From Thermoplasmata archaeon (GTDB lineage Archaea; Thermoplasmatota; Thermoplasmata; Thermoplasmatales; B87-G9): a DNA stretch of 36,312 nucleotides. The first letter of the stretch is position 1. Each line of letters opens with the position of its first letter. The notes under the pieces were generated by a model. The model saw only the letters and a program-made list of their open reading frames with translations. It ran no database searches and was not told the origin of the DNA. Below are positions 26,281-35,090 of the stretch, one piece after another. The stretch spans positions 1 through 36,312 of the forward strand of contig QMSR01000001.1 in the NCBI GenBank assembly GCA_003649695.1. Reading direction: 5' to 3'. Made by a program: the position numbers and the translations under genes.

Positions 26281-27168
26281 TCAAAATCCAAGCTCGCGCA
26301 TTATATTATCAGCCTCGTCTTGCGATAGGTCCCCTGGATCGCATTTCAACCCATCTATCACCTCAGTCACTCCAGGAAAAGGAGACAGCCATTCAGCCAA
26401 CCCTTGTGCGCGAGATTGTGCCTGTATTTGCGGATCAAACATGATATATCGACGTGGAAATTGGCGGAGTATTGAAGCCTGTTCCTCTGTCCAGTCTATT
26501 CCTAATACCCCGACAGCACCCGGGCCCATACGCCACACATCACTCGGCCCTTCTACCACCAGGACCGATTCCATCACCTTTTCAATACCGTATATCAGCT
26601 GCCTGGGTTCCTGCACCATTTTTTCATTCGAGGTGGTCTTCCATCTTGGCTTCATCTGTTTGCCGAGTGCTCTGCCAGTATACGCGACGACCTGGCCCAT
26701 CCTGTCACGAATAGGAGCAATGATCCGCCAACTCCATTCACCCGATAGTCCTGCAGTCCCTTTCAGACCCCATTCCCGCCTCAATTTTTTTGGGTCAAAT
26801 CCACGCTCTATCAGATATTTGGTATGAGTCAATTTGAGGCGATCACAATTCGGAGGCGGATCAACAAATGTAGGTCTGGGTGATTGCTCTTTCTGCGTGA
26901 GAGCTGGTCGCCCTGTCTCATATTGCTGCAGAAGTTCTCTGATATTTACTCTCAGAAATACAGCATGCAAATATTCCCATATAGTATGCCGCCCACACCT
27001 CCAGCAATTCATCGCGCCATGCTCCTCATTCCACCCCAGATGCCACCCTTCAGTCCCGTCAGAACAGAATGGGCAATGCACTTGCACCCATCCTTCATGG
27101 CAATGGTGATGGCCCTCTGACATGTGAGCGATGCCTTTGTCATCACATAATTGGATGAAATCTATCAT
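26281..27168 (-). CDS. DNA primase (zinc finger + Toprim)
   Basis: HCPFC...CWRCG, TGR, VVEGPSD, MFD, DPGDL. Confidence 0.9.
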   Translation of the reverse strand: MIDFIQLCDDKGIAHMSEGHHHCHEGWVQVHCPFCSDGTEGWHLGWNEEHGAMNCWRCGRHTIWEYLHAVFLRVNIRELLQQYETGRPALTQKEQSPRPTFVDPPPNCDRLKLTHTKYLIERGFDPKKLRREWGLKGTAGLSGEWSWRIIAPIRDRMGQVVAYTGRALGKQMKPRWKTTSNEKMVQEPRQLIYGIEKVMESVLVVEGPSDVWRMGPGAVGVLGIDWTEEQASILRQFPRRYIMFDPQIQAQSRAQGLAEWLSPFPGVTEVIDGLKCDPGDLSQDEADNIMRELGF

Positions 27169-27329
27169 TTGACAAAAGTCCTCATCAGGTTGATCAATGC
27201 TTCACGCATGGTGACACTCTTCTCCACACATTTGATCTTGAATTTCTCTTTGAGGGATTTGGGAACATTCCAAATCAATAATTCACAGCATCCATCTTCC
27301 CTCCTCACTGCAATTTTGTCTCTCTCCAT
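27165..27329 (-). CDS. Ribbon-helix-helix DNA-binding protein (54 aa, not in the ORF track)
   Basis: Translated by hand: LLIWNVPKSLKEKFKIKCVEKSVTMREALINLM; TAATG and ATGA coupling on both sides. Confidence 0.75.
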   Translation of the reverse strand: MERDKIAVRREDGCCELLIWNVPKSLKEKFKIKCVEKSVTMREALINLMRTFVK

Positions 27330-28708
27330 TATTGTCTCCTTTTCAAATGCCTGATAATTGCATCAAAATCCACATCAGTCCTGAGAGTAGATTTTCCGTC
27401 TATCACTTGGGACACCACATCTCGTTTCTTCTCTATGATCGCCCACACATATTCATCTATGGTGTCTCGTGCTATCATATGATATGCTGTAATCTTATCA
27501 GCTGCTTGACCGATTCTGTTCACTCGGTCCTCAGCTTGGTCATGCTCACCTGGAGTCCATCCATGCTCAACGAATAGAGTGGTGGATGCGGCAGTCAATG
27601 TAATGGCCTGCCCATCTGCTTTGATTGATCCAATGTATATTCTGCACTTGTCATCCTCCTGAAATCTACGGACGTCATCAGCTCGCCTTTTACTCCCTGC
27701 TCCGCCTACTGCAGCGATCTTTTTGTATCTCTTTTTCAATAGATCAAATATGACATGATGGTGACAAAACACTACGAGCTTTTGACCTGTCATTTCCAGG
27801 AAGTCATCAATCCATTCCATGGCGGCTCTCATCTTTCCTTCTGCTGCCAGACGTTTCAGCTGACCCAACTTGACGAATCCTTCAGCCTTAGCAGCCTTCA
27901 GAGCTTTTTTCTCACCCTTCTTTGAGGCGTACCATTCCAAGAAATGCTTTTTGGCTTGCTCATATTCCCTGCGATTGGACAATTCCACTGGAAGAACGAT
28001 CCGCCTTTTTGGTGGCAATTCTTTCAGCACATCTGTCTTCATTCTCCGAATCATGAAGGGTGAGACCATCTCATGCAGCTCCTCAGTATGAGAAGCACCT
28101 CGAAAATCCCATCCTTGTCCTCGCCATGCTCTTTTTGGGTCACAATATCTCATCGCATACTTCCAGAATGATGAAAATTGTTTAGGTCGCACCATGTTCA
28201 ATACGGGGAAAAATTCAATAGGTCTGTTGATGATGGGTGTGCCACTGAGACACATCACATGAGGACAGATCTTCGCAAGATTTTTGCAGACTTTTGTCCG
28301 TTTTATCCCTCGTGTCTTCACATAATGTGACTCATCAATAATGAGCACCTGAGGACACATCGCTAGCAATTCACTCTCCCAATTCACAATGATATCATAA
28401 TTGAGGATCACAATATCAGAGGAGATGGCATATGTGCTTCTGCCTGACAGAACCTCACAATCGAGATCAGTATGCTCTTCTATCTGTTCCTGCCAATTGT
28501 ATTTTCCATTCGCAGGACAGACGATCACGACAGGACGAGCCTCCGGGTGAATGGCAAGCCACCCCAGAGCTTGCAAGGTTTTCCCCACACCCATATCATC
28601 ACCTATGATGGCTCGTCCTGCATTCTTCTCCAGGAATCGGACCCCACGTATCTGAAATCTCATCATAGGTGTCTTGATGCAGGCACGAAGTCTAGAGCCT
28701 ACAGACAC
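27329..28708 (-). CDS. SNF2-family (HARP-like) helicase
   Basis: GDDMGVGKT, IDESH, LSGTP, MIRRMK, QAEDRVNRIGQ. Confidence 0.93.
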   Translation of the reverse strand: MSVGSRLRACIKTPMMRFQIRGVRFLEKNAGRAIIGDDMGVGKTLQALGWLAIHPEARPVVIVCPANGKYNWQEQIEEHTDLDCEVLSGRSTYAISSDIVILNYDIIVNWESELLAMCPQVLIIDESHYVKTRGIKRTKVCKNLAKICPHVMCLSGTPIINRPIEFFPVLNMVRPKQFSSFWKYAMRYCDPKRAWRGQGWDFRGASHTEELHEMVSPFMIRRMKTDVLKELPPKRRIVLPVELSNRREYEQAKKHFLEWYASKKGEKKALKAAKAEGFVKLGQLKRLAAEGKMRAAMEWIDDFLEMTGQKLVVFCHHHVIFDLLKKRYKKIAAVGGAGSKRRADDVRRFQEDDKCRIYIGSIKADGQAITLTAASTTLFVEHGWTPGEHDQAEDRVNRIGQAADKITAYHMIARDTIDEYVWAIIEKKRDVVSQVIDGKSTLRTDVDFDAIIRHLKRRQ

Positions 28709-29223
28709 GCAGACACCTCCCTCCAGACAGTATTGACCTTCTCAGGATGCCAGTCCAGGACATCAATCATGTATGCTTTGAGAGCCTCAGCTCTCCTTTC
28801 TTGTTTTCCGCGAATGATCTCTTTTCGCAATTCATCGGGAGCTTCACACACAACTTTCACCAGAGCCCGGGCCTCATCACCAATCTCCTGCATGATGTCA
28901 CCAATCCAAGAAGAGGTGGAGGGCAATTGATGAGCCAGGTCATTATCATCTGTCAGGTCACTGAAATCTGTTGCTACATGTCTCTTCCGTTTTGGATTGA
29001 TGCAGTATGATTTCATTTCATCCCATGCTGAACGATAGACCCATGTACAGAGAGAGGATTTGGCAGAGTCATAGCGGGGGAGGTACTTCATCACTCCATT
29101 GATGCCTTCACTCACCAGCTCATCAAAATCCTCATTGTGCTGTTTGGCCATCTTCCAGGCGATATTATAGATCATTTCCTTGTACTGTTCCCATACACTT
29201 TCCATCGTGATTGTGGCTTCCAT
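28699..29223 (-). CDS. Sigma70 region-2-like factor
   Basis: QYKEMIYNIAW...DELVSEG...YDSAKSSLCTWVY. Confidence 0.75.
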   Translation of the reverse strand: MEATITMESVWEQYKEMIYNIAWKMAKQHNEDFDELVSEGINGVMKYLPRYDSAKSSLCTWVYRSAWDEMKSYCINPKRKRHVATDFSDLTDDNDLAHQLPSTSSWIGDIMQEIGDEARALVKVVCEAPDELRKEIIRGKQERRAEALKAYMIDVLDWHPEKVNTVWREVSACL

Positions 29224-29250
29224 GATTCCTCCTTAAGAATGAATTTGGTC

Positions 29251-29278
29251 ATTATATTACTATAACAAAGCAATGCAA
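29251..29278 (-). promoter_or_regulatory. Promoter of the sigma-like gene sharing the core of the repeated promoter
   Basis: TTGCAT-16 bp-TATAAT; contains TGTTATAGTAATATAA. Confidence 0.7.
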
Positions 29279-29283
29279 GACTT

Positions 29284-29487
29284 TTATGCGATTTTCGCTC
29301 TCCACCTCTTCGCCAACACCTCTGCAATGAATCTCTTCAGCTCCTTCTCTGCATGCTCTCTCACTGCCTTCATGCTACGATGCTTCACTCCGTCTTTGGT
29401 CTGATACCTCCAATGGCTGTTACGTCCTCCGATCACCAATACCCCATATTTCCCTCCGGTGTAACTGATCGCCTTGATAGTTCCCAT
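29284..29487 (-). CDS. Hypothetical early protein
   Basis: TTTTACAAGGAGAA RBS motif. Confidence 0.7.
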   Translation of the reverse strand: MGTIKAISYTGGKYGVLVIGGRNSHWRYQTKDGVKHRSMKAVREHAEKELKRFIAEVLAKRWRAKIA

Positions 29488-29514
29488 TTCATTCTCCTTG
29501 TAAAAGTCCTTAAA

Positions 29515-29781
29515 TTACTGTTTCAATTCATCCACCCGGTAATCCGGATATACCCTGCGTCCGTCTATATCCAGCACCAGGTTGAGCGCCAGGATGGTAC
29601 GGCCGTATGCGTCCACCCCGCGCCGGATAATAGCCAACGCATCTTCCCTGGTGGAGATCAGTGTATCGTACCACAGTCGCCTATCACCTAGATCAATGTA
29701 CATCGCCGCGATTCCGACGATGTATGCGCCGGGATATGTTCGGCGCACAATCTCATCTTCATATGTTTCTATCATATTCAT
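29515..29781 (-). CDS. Hypothetical early protein
   Basis: TTTTACAAGGAGAA RBS motif. Confidence 0.7.
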   Translation of the reverse strand: MNMIETYEDEIVRRTYPGAYIVGIAAMYIDLGDRRLWYDTLISTREDALAIIRRGVDAYGRTILALNLVLDIDGRRVYPDYRVDELKQ

Positions 29782-29808
29782 TTTCTTCTCCTTGTAAAAT
29801 GAGGTGAA

Positions 29809-30093
29809 TTACAGTCCGAATCCAATCTCATCCAAAATCGGATGACCCCAAAATCTCCGCTGAAGATGCTCCTTCAACTCACTGACAGTCATTCCTGCGA
29901 CAATATCACCCATAGCGTATATGTCACGGGAATATGGCTTTGATTTTGGGGTGATCACCACATATGCATAGGTGATTGGCTTCGTTCTCAGCCATTTCTG
30001 CACCTCTGCCCACTTGGTGGTGACCAGGTGAACCTCACCCCACATATCAATAGGGGTGTTGAATTCCTTGTGAATTATCCGGTATTCTCTCAT
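29809..30093 (-). CDS. Hypothetical early protein (start MREYRI)
   Basis: CAAGGAGAA RBS; first gene after the promoter repeat. Confidence 0.7.
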   Translation of the reverse strand: MREYRIIHKEFNTPIDMWGEVHLVTTKWAEVQKWLRTKPITYAYVVITPKSKPYSRDIYAMGDIVAGMTVSELKEHLQRRFWGHPILDEIGFGL

Positions 30094-30097
30094 TTTC

Positions 30098-30271
30098 TTC
30101 TCCTTGTGAAAACAAAAACAAAACACAAACAAAAACATAAGCAATGACTACATTGTTATATTACTATAACACATTGCATAAAGCAAATGATTTTTTGAAG
30201 TTTTTTTGATTATTTTTTGATAGAATGGTTTGACACCAGAAAACAGGTTATTTCTCAATCATAATTTTTTT
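30098..30271. repeat. Copy 2 of the promoter-containing direct repeat
   Basis: Aligns with 4633-4787; has extra caaaa units. Confidence 0.95.
30158..30186 (-). promoter_or_regulatory. Sigma70-type early promoter
   Basis: TTGCTT-17 bp-TAATAT, identical to 4674-4702. Confidence 0.75.
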
Positions 30272-30290
30272 GATAAAATTATTTGCGATG

Positions 30291-30359
30291 ATAATAAAAT
30301 GGGCGGGGGCTCTTTTTGCAGGTGTCGGCAGCACCCGAGGAAAGGAGGCGGCCCCGCCC
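30291..30359 (-). terminator. Long hairpin terminator closing the structural/glycan operon
   Basis: GGGCGGGGC...GCCCCCGCCC then AUUUUAUUAU. Confidence 0.7.
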
Positions 30360-30364
30360 GAATT

Positions 30365-30997
30365 CTACACTGATACAGATATTCCTCCTGCTGAATATTG
30401 CTGACCCACGAAACCAGAATAAGGTGGATGGGGTGGGAAAGGCTCTGGCTGCACCCAATGAGCAGGGCATGGCAGGTCCGCATGTCTCAGCAGACTATCC
30501 CTGATCTGTGGCAAAACACACTTCTGAAGATACTTCATATCATCCACCCGTCTCATTTTCATCCTGCAATGTTCCTTGAATTCATTGAACCTTTTCAGTT
30601 TCCCTTTCACTCCCCACATACCACCAAATAAAGGCAAGCACAAATGATGAGGATGATCATGCATGCAATGAGCCTTCTTCCCGGATTCAATCCATGCTTG
30701 CACTGCCGCAGCTTCTCTGACATTTATACGCGAATCTGCGTCCCTGAAAATCACACGCTCCACCCCATCTTCCCATGCAGGCAGAAAACGCCACATCATA
30801 CCAGTATGCTTGCGCGATTTCCCCATTCTTCTGATCTCACATCCAAGCCTCCGTAATTGTTGAGTAGGTGTGGTATCCTCACAAAAAACAATCATTTTCC
30901 ATCCAGGATATATCTCAGGCATGAGCTTGGCGTTCTCTTCAGCGCCTCTGACATACATAGGATCATCGCCATATACCGAGAAGCTAACATATTTCAT
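30365..30997 (-). CDS. Putative glycosyltransferase (GT-A-like)
   Basis: SFSVYG..PMY..GA.EN...IYPGW, GMMWRF, FRDADSR (DxD), GGMWG. Confidence 0.65.
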   Translation of the reverse strand: MKYVSFSVYGDDPMYVRGAEENAKLMPEIYPGWKMIVFCEDTTPTQQLRRLGCEIRRMGKSRKHTGMMWRFLPAWEDGVERVIFRDADSRINVREAAAVQAWIESGKKAHCMHDHPHHLCLPLFGGMWGVKGKLKRFNEFKEHCRMKMRRVDDMKYLQKCVLPQIRDSLLRHADLPCPAHWVQPEPFPPHPPYSGFVGQQYSAGGISVSV

Positions 30998-31592
30998 ACC
31001 GCCACTCCTTTGCAATAGGTTCACAATACTTGCGGACCATCTCATGCCCCCATTTAGGCAATGATTCTTGCCATGTGTTTGGATGAACAGGACCAATATG
31101 ATCACCATGAATCTGCATGTCATCAATCTCATTGAAATTCTTCAATTTTTCCGCCCTTGCTTTATTTGCCGCCAACGAATATTTTTCTTTGAGATGATTC
31201 CTCACATTCTCATGAATATCCAGATCAAAATGGATTTCCAACAAGTCAAAAATCCAGTCATAATTGGAATAGAATGTCTCATACCTGAGGAGCATATGAG
31301 GAGAGCATACAACATATTTGAGCCCTACATACATGGTTGACATGACATCCAATTCAGCTTCTAGGCCTATCATACCATCGACCCCCTCACCCCCACGACT
31401 CAAGCGAATTCTGTAACGAGAGGCTGCCACGTCATATGGATTGCGTATGGTGATGATGGAGACAAGACCATCTTCATATTCCCAGGCATCTGGGTGAGTC
31501 TTCCCTATCTGTTGATCAGGAAAAATCTCCTGGACCAATTGCCACACGAGAGTTGACCCACTACGAGGGATCCCGCAGACCTGCAATTTCAT
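30984..31592 (-). CDS. PAPS-dependent sulfotransferase
   Basis: 5'-PSB GIPRSGST, KTH, 3'-PB RNPYDVAAS, LRYE. Confidence 0.85.
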   Translation of the reverse strand: MKLQVCGIPRSGSTLVWQLVQEIFPDQQIGKTHPDAWEYEDGLVSIITIRNPYDVAASRYRIRLSRGGEGVDGMIGLEAELDVMSTMYVGLKYVVCSPHMLLRYETFYSNYDWIFDLLEIHFDLDIHENVRNHLKEKYSLAANKARAEKLKNFNEIDDMQIHGDHIGPVHPNTWQESLPKWGHEMVRKYCEPIAKEWRYEIC

Positions 31593-32358
31593 CTTCAATC
31601 CTCCTTCTCCAATATCGCATGTCCAACTTTTGCATTGACTCCCATTCAAATCTCTTTTGCAATTCAGGCAGTTCAGCCTCCAATCTCTCCCTCGTCACCT
31701 CTGACCAATCATTTACTCTAAGACATGGCATGTCGTCTAGAATGTCTGTGACCGGAGAACGAAGCACAACAGGGATAGATCCTAAAGCAATAGACTCCCA
31801 ATGACGATGGCAGTCAATTCCAGCACCAGGAGGAGACAGAACATAGTCATGAGACTGAATGTCTTGATAGAACTCACCAATCTCCACGTAATTTTCAGCG
31901 AACCCTCCTTTCGCTGTCGTCCATTCGAGCCCAGCAAATTGTTCATATAGACCCTCACGAGGATTGGGAATTCTTGGAATCTGTCGCATGAAATTCACAT
32001 ACATCAGATTCTTCCTCTCTCTTCTGCCCTCTCGTATCAGCGCGAGACACAATTCTTGAGAATCCCGACTGAACCGGAATCCTATAGGCAGATTCGTGAC
32101 TCTCTGATCATCTACCATAGCATTGTTTGAGAACCAGTGAACCACATTCGGAGGGCATTGTCTCATCATCTCATGAGTAAGAGATGCGTCTGAGAATGAT
32201 GTGAGTAAAATACATGAGCCAAGAGATCTGATCAGATGCAATTTCTCCGCAATCACATGAGTCCGCCCATAGATGATAGGACCAGGAATGACTTCTTCTT
32301 GATCAAATGACTGTCCTGCTATATCAGCATATCGCTGGTTGTCAATCGGTTCAAACAT
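31561..32358 (-). CDS. Exostosin/GT47-like glycosyltransferase
   Basis: LPIG, YVLSPPGAGIDCHRHWESIALGSIPVV. Confidence 0.8.
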   Translation of the reverse strand: MFEPIDNQRYADIAGQSFDQEEVIPGPIIYGRTHVIAEKLHLIRSLGSCILLTSFSDASLTHEMMRQCPPNVVHWFSNNAMVDDQRVTNLPIGFRFSRDSQELCLALIREGRRERKNLMYVNFMRQIPRIPNPREGLYEQFAGLEWTTAKGGFAENYVEIGEFYQDIQSHDYVLSPPGAGIDCHRHWESIALGSIPVVLRSPVTDILDDMPCLRVNDWSEVTRERLEAELPELQKRFEWESMQKLDMRYWRRRIEDEIAGLRDPS

Positions 32359-32378
32359 ATCTCTCCATACCTGTAATG

Positions 32379-33032
32379 TTATCCTCTCTTCCTTTCATGG
32401 CCGGGGAAATTGTGACGTTTACGACCTTCATACAGAGCCCTGTCTTTCTTCCATTCCTTCAATGCCCTCATCAAATGGGGTGGCCGTTCTCCTCCATCCC
32501 TCTGCCAATGATCATGGTATTGTGACAGATCTCGTCTCTGCTGAAAGGCGTCAAGCAACACCGCCACCTCTTGTAATTCAGCGTCGCAAAAATAATGGAA
32601 ATATTGATCATAATATGGACCATTGCCGCCATAAGCCTCATCAATAAACCCTCTGCCAATCCAGGGAGAAGGAGCACACTCGTCAATGGAGCCGAACCGA
32701 TCTCCTGTAGGTTGCATGACACCAAACAAATCAGGAAATCTCTCTGCAAATTGCCTTGCGATCGTCTGACAATCAGCTTCTCTCGCAGGGAAAAGGTCGT
32801 CCCCTATACAAACCACCATATCTGCCTTCACCATGCGTGTCAGTACATTGATCGCATTGGGGAAACCCTTCCATTCTCTTGCGACACATACCGCATTACA
32901 TTCAGAAGGTCTGTCCCCAACATTATCCAATAAGACGGCTGTCTTGTATCCTGCTGCCTTCCATCTCTTTGCAGTTTCATTCGCGAGCTTTGGATGAGCA
33001 GAAGGCCATATGGCCCATACATCATACGGCAT
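32379..33032 (-). CDS. GT2-like (GT-A) glycosyltransferase
   Basis: GFPNAIN...VCIGDDLFP...YFHYFCDAEL. Confidence 0.7.
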   Translation of the reverse strand: MPYDVWAIWPSAHPKLANETAKRWKAAGYKTAVLLDNVGDRPSECNAVCVAREWKGFPNAINVLTRMVKADMVVCIGDDLFPAREADCQTIARQFAERFPDLFGVMQPTGDRFGSIDECAPSPWIGRGFIDEAYGGNGPYYDQYFHYFCDAELQEVAVLLDAFQQRRDLSQYHDHWQRDGGERPPHLMRALKEWKKDRALYEGRKRHNFPGHERKRG

Positions 33033-33642
33033 ATCCTTCCTCCTTCTGTTTCTTGTTGATGATATTCTTGAACCGTTTCGCCCCTCTGGTGTGCATGATG
33101 ACAGGACTCAGATCCGGTTGGGTCTTTTGTGTGAGTTCTGTGATCCACGTGTACTCCTGCGGCAATTCATAGAACCTGACCTTCGGATTCTGTTTTATTG
33201 CCATCTCCAGAGTACGCTGATCCCAGGCTGCCCGTCCATCTGGCAATTTTTCAGGATATTGCTCATTCAGCTTGATCCAGTCTCTCACCAATATCATACA
33301 CATTTTAGAACCAGAAAAATAGAGCGTCCCAGACAGTAATTCATTTGTCCTGCAGAAATGGACAGCCGCCACATCACAGTCAATGTCTTCCAGTATCAAT
33401 GGAGGGTGGACCATGATAGCGTCGACGTCCAGATACAGAATTGGGAGGCCTCTGTACTTCTTCAGCATTGACAGGATGACCAATGCCTTGTATTGTGTGT
33501 TCTTCTGCCAGCTGCCTAGATTCGGCACTCCCTGGATATCATACTCATATCCATTCGCTTCCAATGACAATTTGAGGGTTTCTGCCTCATGCTCATACGG
33601 AGTATTCTCAGTGAAGTACCCTACCACTTTCACTCGTCTCAT
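33022..33642 (-). CDS. Nucleotide-diphospho-sugar transferase (GT-A)
   Basis: YLDVDA (DxD), LSGTLYF, WDQ..L, LPQEY, VIMH. Confidence 0.8.
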   Translation of the reverse strand: MRRVKVVGYFTENTPYEHEAETLKLSLEANGYEYDIQGVPNLGSWQKNTQYKALVILSMLKKYRGLPILYLDVDAIMVHPPLILEDIDCDVAAVHFCRTNELLSGTLYFSGSKMCMILVRDWIKLNEQYPEKLPDGRAAWDQRTLEMAIKQNPKVRFYELPQEYTWITELTQKTQPDLSPVIMHTRGAKRFKNIINKKQKEEGYAV

Positions 33643-33653
33643 AATATCCTCCT

Positions 33654-34616
33654 TTACCTATTATCATATACACCTCCACCAAATGCCGAGCCATAAGAAG
33701 GTGTGTCCATTGCCGAAGTCATTGTGTGTTGAACCACTGTAGAATTCCCATCATCAGCTCCATCTGAACTCCGTTTCACTCGCAGTAATACACGAACATC
33801 AGTATCAGCTGAGAAGGGCCCTAGTGCATATCCGAAGAATGCTATATCTACCCTGAACTTTATCTCTTCCTCAATCGGAGTATCCACCAATGGATCAGGG
33901 TCAACTCCTGTGGTGGTGTAATAGAGTTGCCAGGTGTCCGCCTTATCATCACCATCTTTGGCGTAGTGATATTCTGCGGTGACTGTCAATCTATATCCGG
34001 AGGCTTCGCGAACCAAAAGATCTTGAGGAGATGATGGGTCTTGTCTCACAATATTGCCACTGGTGTCTATAGTATATTTCGTAGTGAATTGATCTAGACT
34101 GACTAAATCATATTCATTACGATATCGAACAGTAATATAAACATCTTTCGTCCCCACCAATGGTGGAGTGATGGAATAGTCAAACGGCAATGAGGTGCTC
34201 GTGGCTGCTGGTGGAGCACTGAAGTCAGGGAGAGCATCTTCTCCTATATATAGTTCATATTGACCAACATCAGCCACCCTGTAATACCCATTCAATGTCT
34301 GTGTGTATTTCAGCCATTGCGGAGGCTTGGCAGGTGAGCGACGAGCATGGCCAACGAGCATGCTGGGATGGATTGGTTTTGACGGAAGGAACCTGCAGAA
34401 GACGGAGGGGACCTGCGCGAATATAGTCCCATCTATGGGCTCTGTCGTCTCTCTGCGAATAATTTTGCCGTCGAGGAGACGCATAGGCGGATATTGCGCA
34501 AACAATACCCGCCTGAATGCGTTGACGTTTTTGCCGGCCACATCATTATTCGGTGCGGATGGTTGGCCGTACCTGAAGAACTGTTTTCTACTTCTACGAT
34601 GTGTCCAGCTTGGCAT
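33654..34616 (-). CDS. Probable virion protein with Ig/FN3-like beta domains
   Basis: Beta-rich C-terminal half (PSSPQDL...WQLYY); located in structural module. Confidence 0.5.
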   Translation of the reverse strand: MPSWTHRRSRKQFFRYGQPSAPNNDVAGKNVNAFRRVLFAQYPPMRLLDGKIIRRETTEPIDGTIFAQVPSVFCRFLPSKPIHPSMLVGHARRSPAKPPQWLKYTQTLNGYYRVADVGQYELYIGEDALPDFSAPPAATSTSLPFDYSITPPLVGTKDVYITVRYRNEYDLVSLDQFTTKYTIDTSGNIVRQDPSSPQDLLVREASGYRLTVTAEYHYAKDGDDKADTWQLYYTTTGVDPDPLVDTPIEEEIKFRVDIAFFGYALGPFSADTDVRVLLRVKRSSDGADDGNSTVVQHTMTSAMDTPSYGSAFGGGVYDNR

Positions 34617-34621
34617 TGGAA

Positions 34622-35068
34622 TTACTCCTCAAAGATCATACGAGCTACGGCATTGACGTCAGCCCCTGCAGTCACAGCAATACCCAGGCGATCACCGCCA
34701 TTGATGACGAGTTCACCCCCGAACGGAGCCTGCCAGGTATAGCCGCCTTGCGGGTGGACCTGCTCGCGCATATTGACGTTGCCAGAAGAGGGTTCTGCGG
34801 TCGCGGTGTGCTGAGCCGTGGTCTGCAGGGTCTCGTCTCCGTCCTCGTCGATTTTGACCGGGGTGAGACTGCTCATTGTCCCGGCGTCAGTCTGCTTCAG
34901 CACCTCGACGAGTATCGGTGCAGCGGTGTTTGAAGTCCCATCAAAACTGATTGAGATCTCCTTGACCTTTACTCTGTGATTCGCTGCAGCCACAAGTTGC
35001 AGCAAAGTTTTCTTCGAGGTTCCCGTTGCAACCTCTGCTGTCTGTGCTACTGCTAAAATACCAGCCAT
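34622..35068 (-). CDS. Probable virion (head decoration/fibre-type) beta-sandwich protein
   Basis: A/T/G-rich 148 aa; strong RBS; context. Confidence 0.5.
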   Translation of the reverse strand: MAGILAVAQTAEVATGTSKKTLLQLVAAANHRVKVKEISISFDGTSNTAAPILVEVLKQTDAGTMSSLTPVKIDEDGDETLQTTAQHTATAEPSSGNVNMREQVHPQGGYTWQAPFGGELVINGGDRLGIAVTAGADVNAVARMIFEE

Positions 35069-35090
35069 TTTCTTCTCCTTTCAAATAAAA

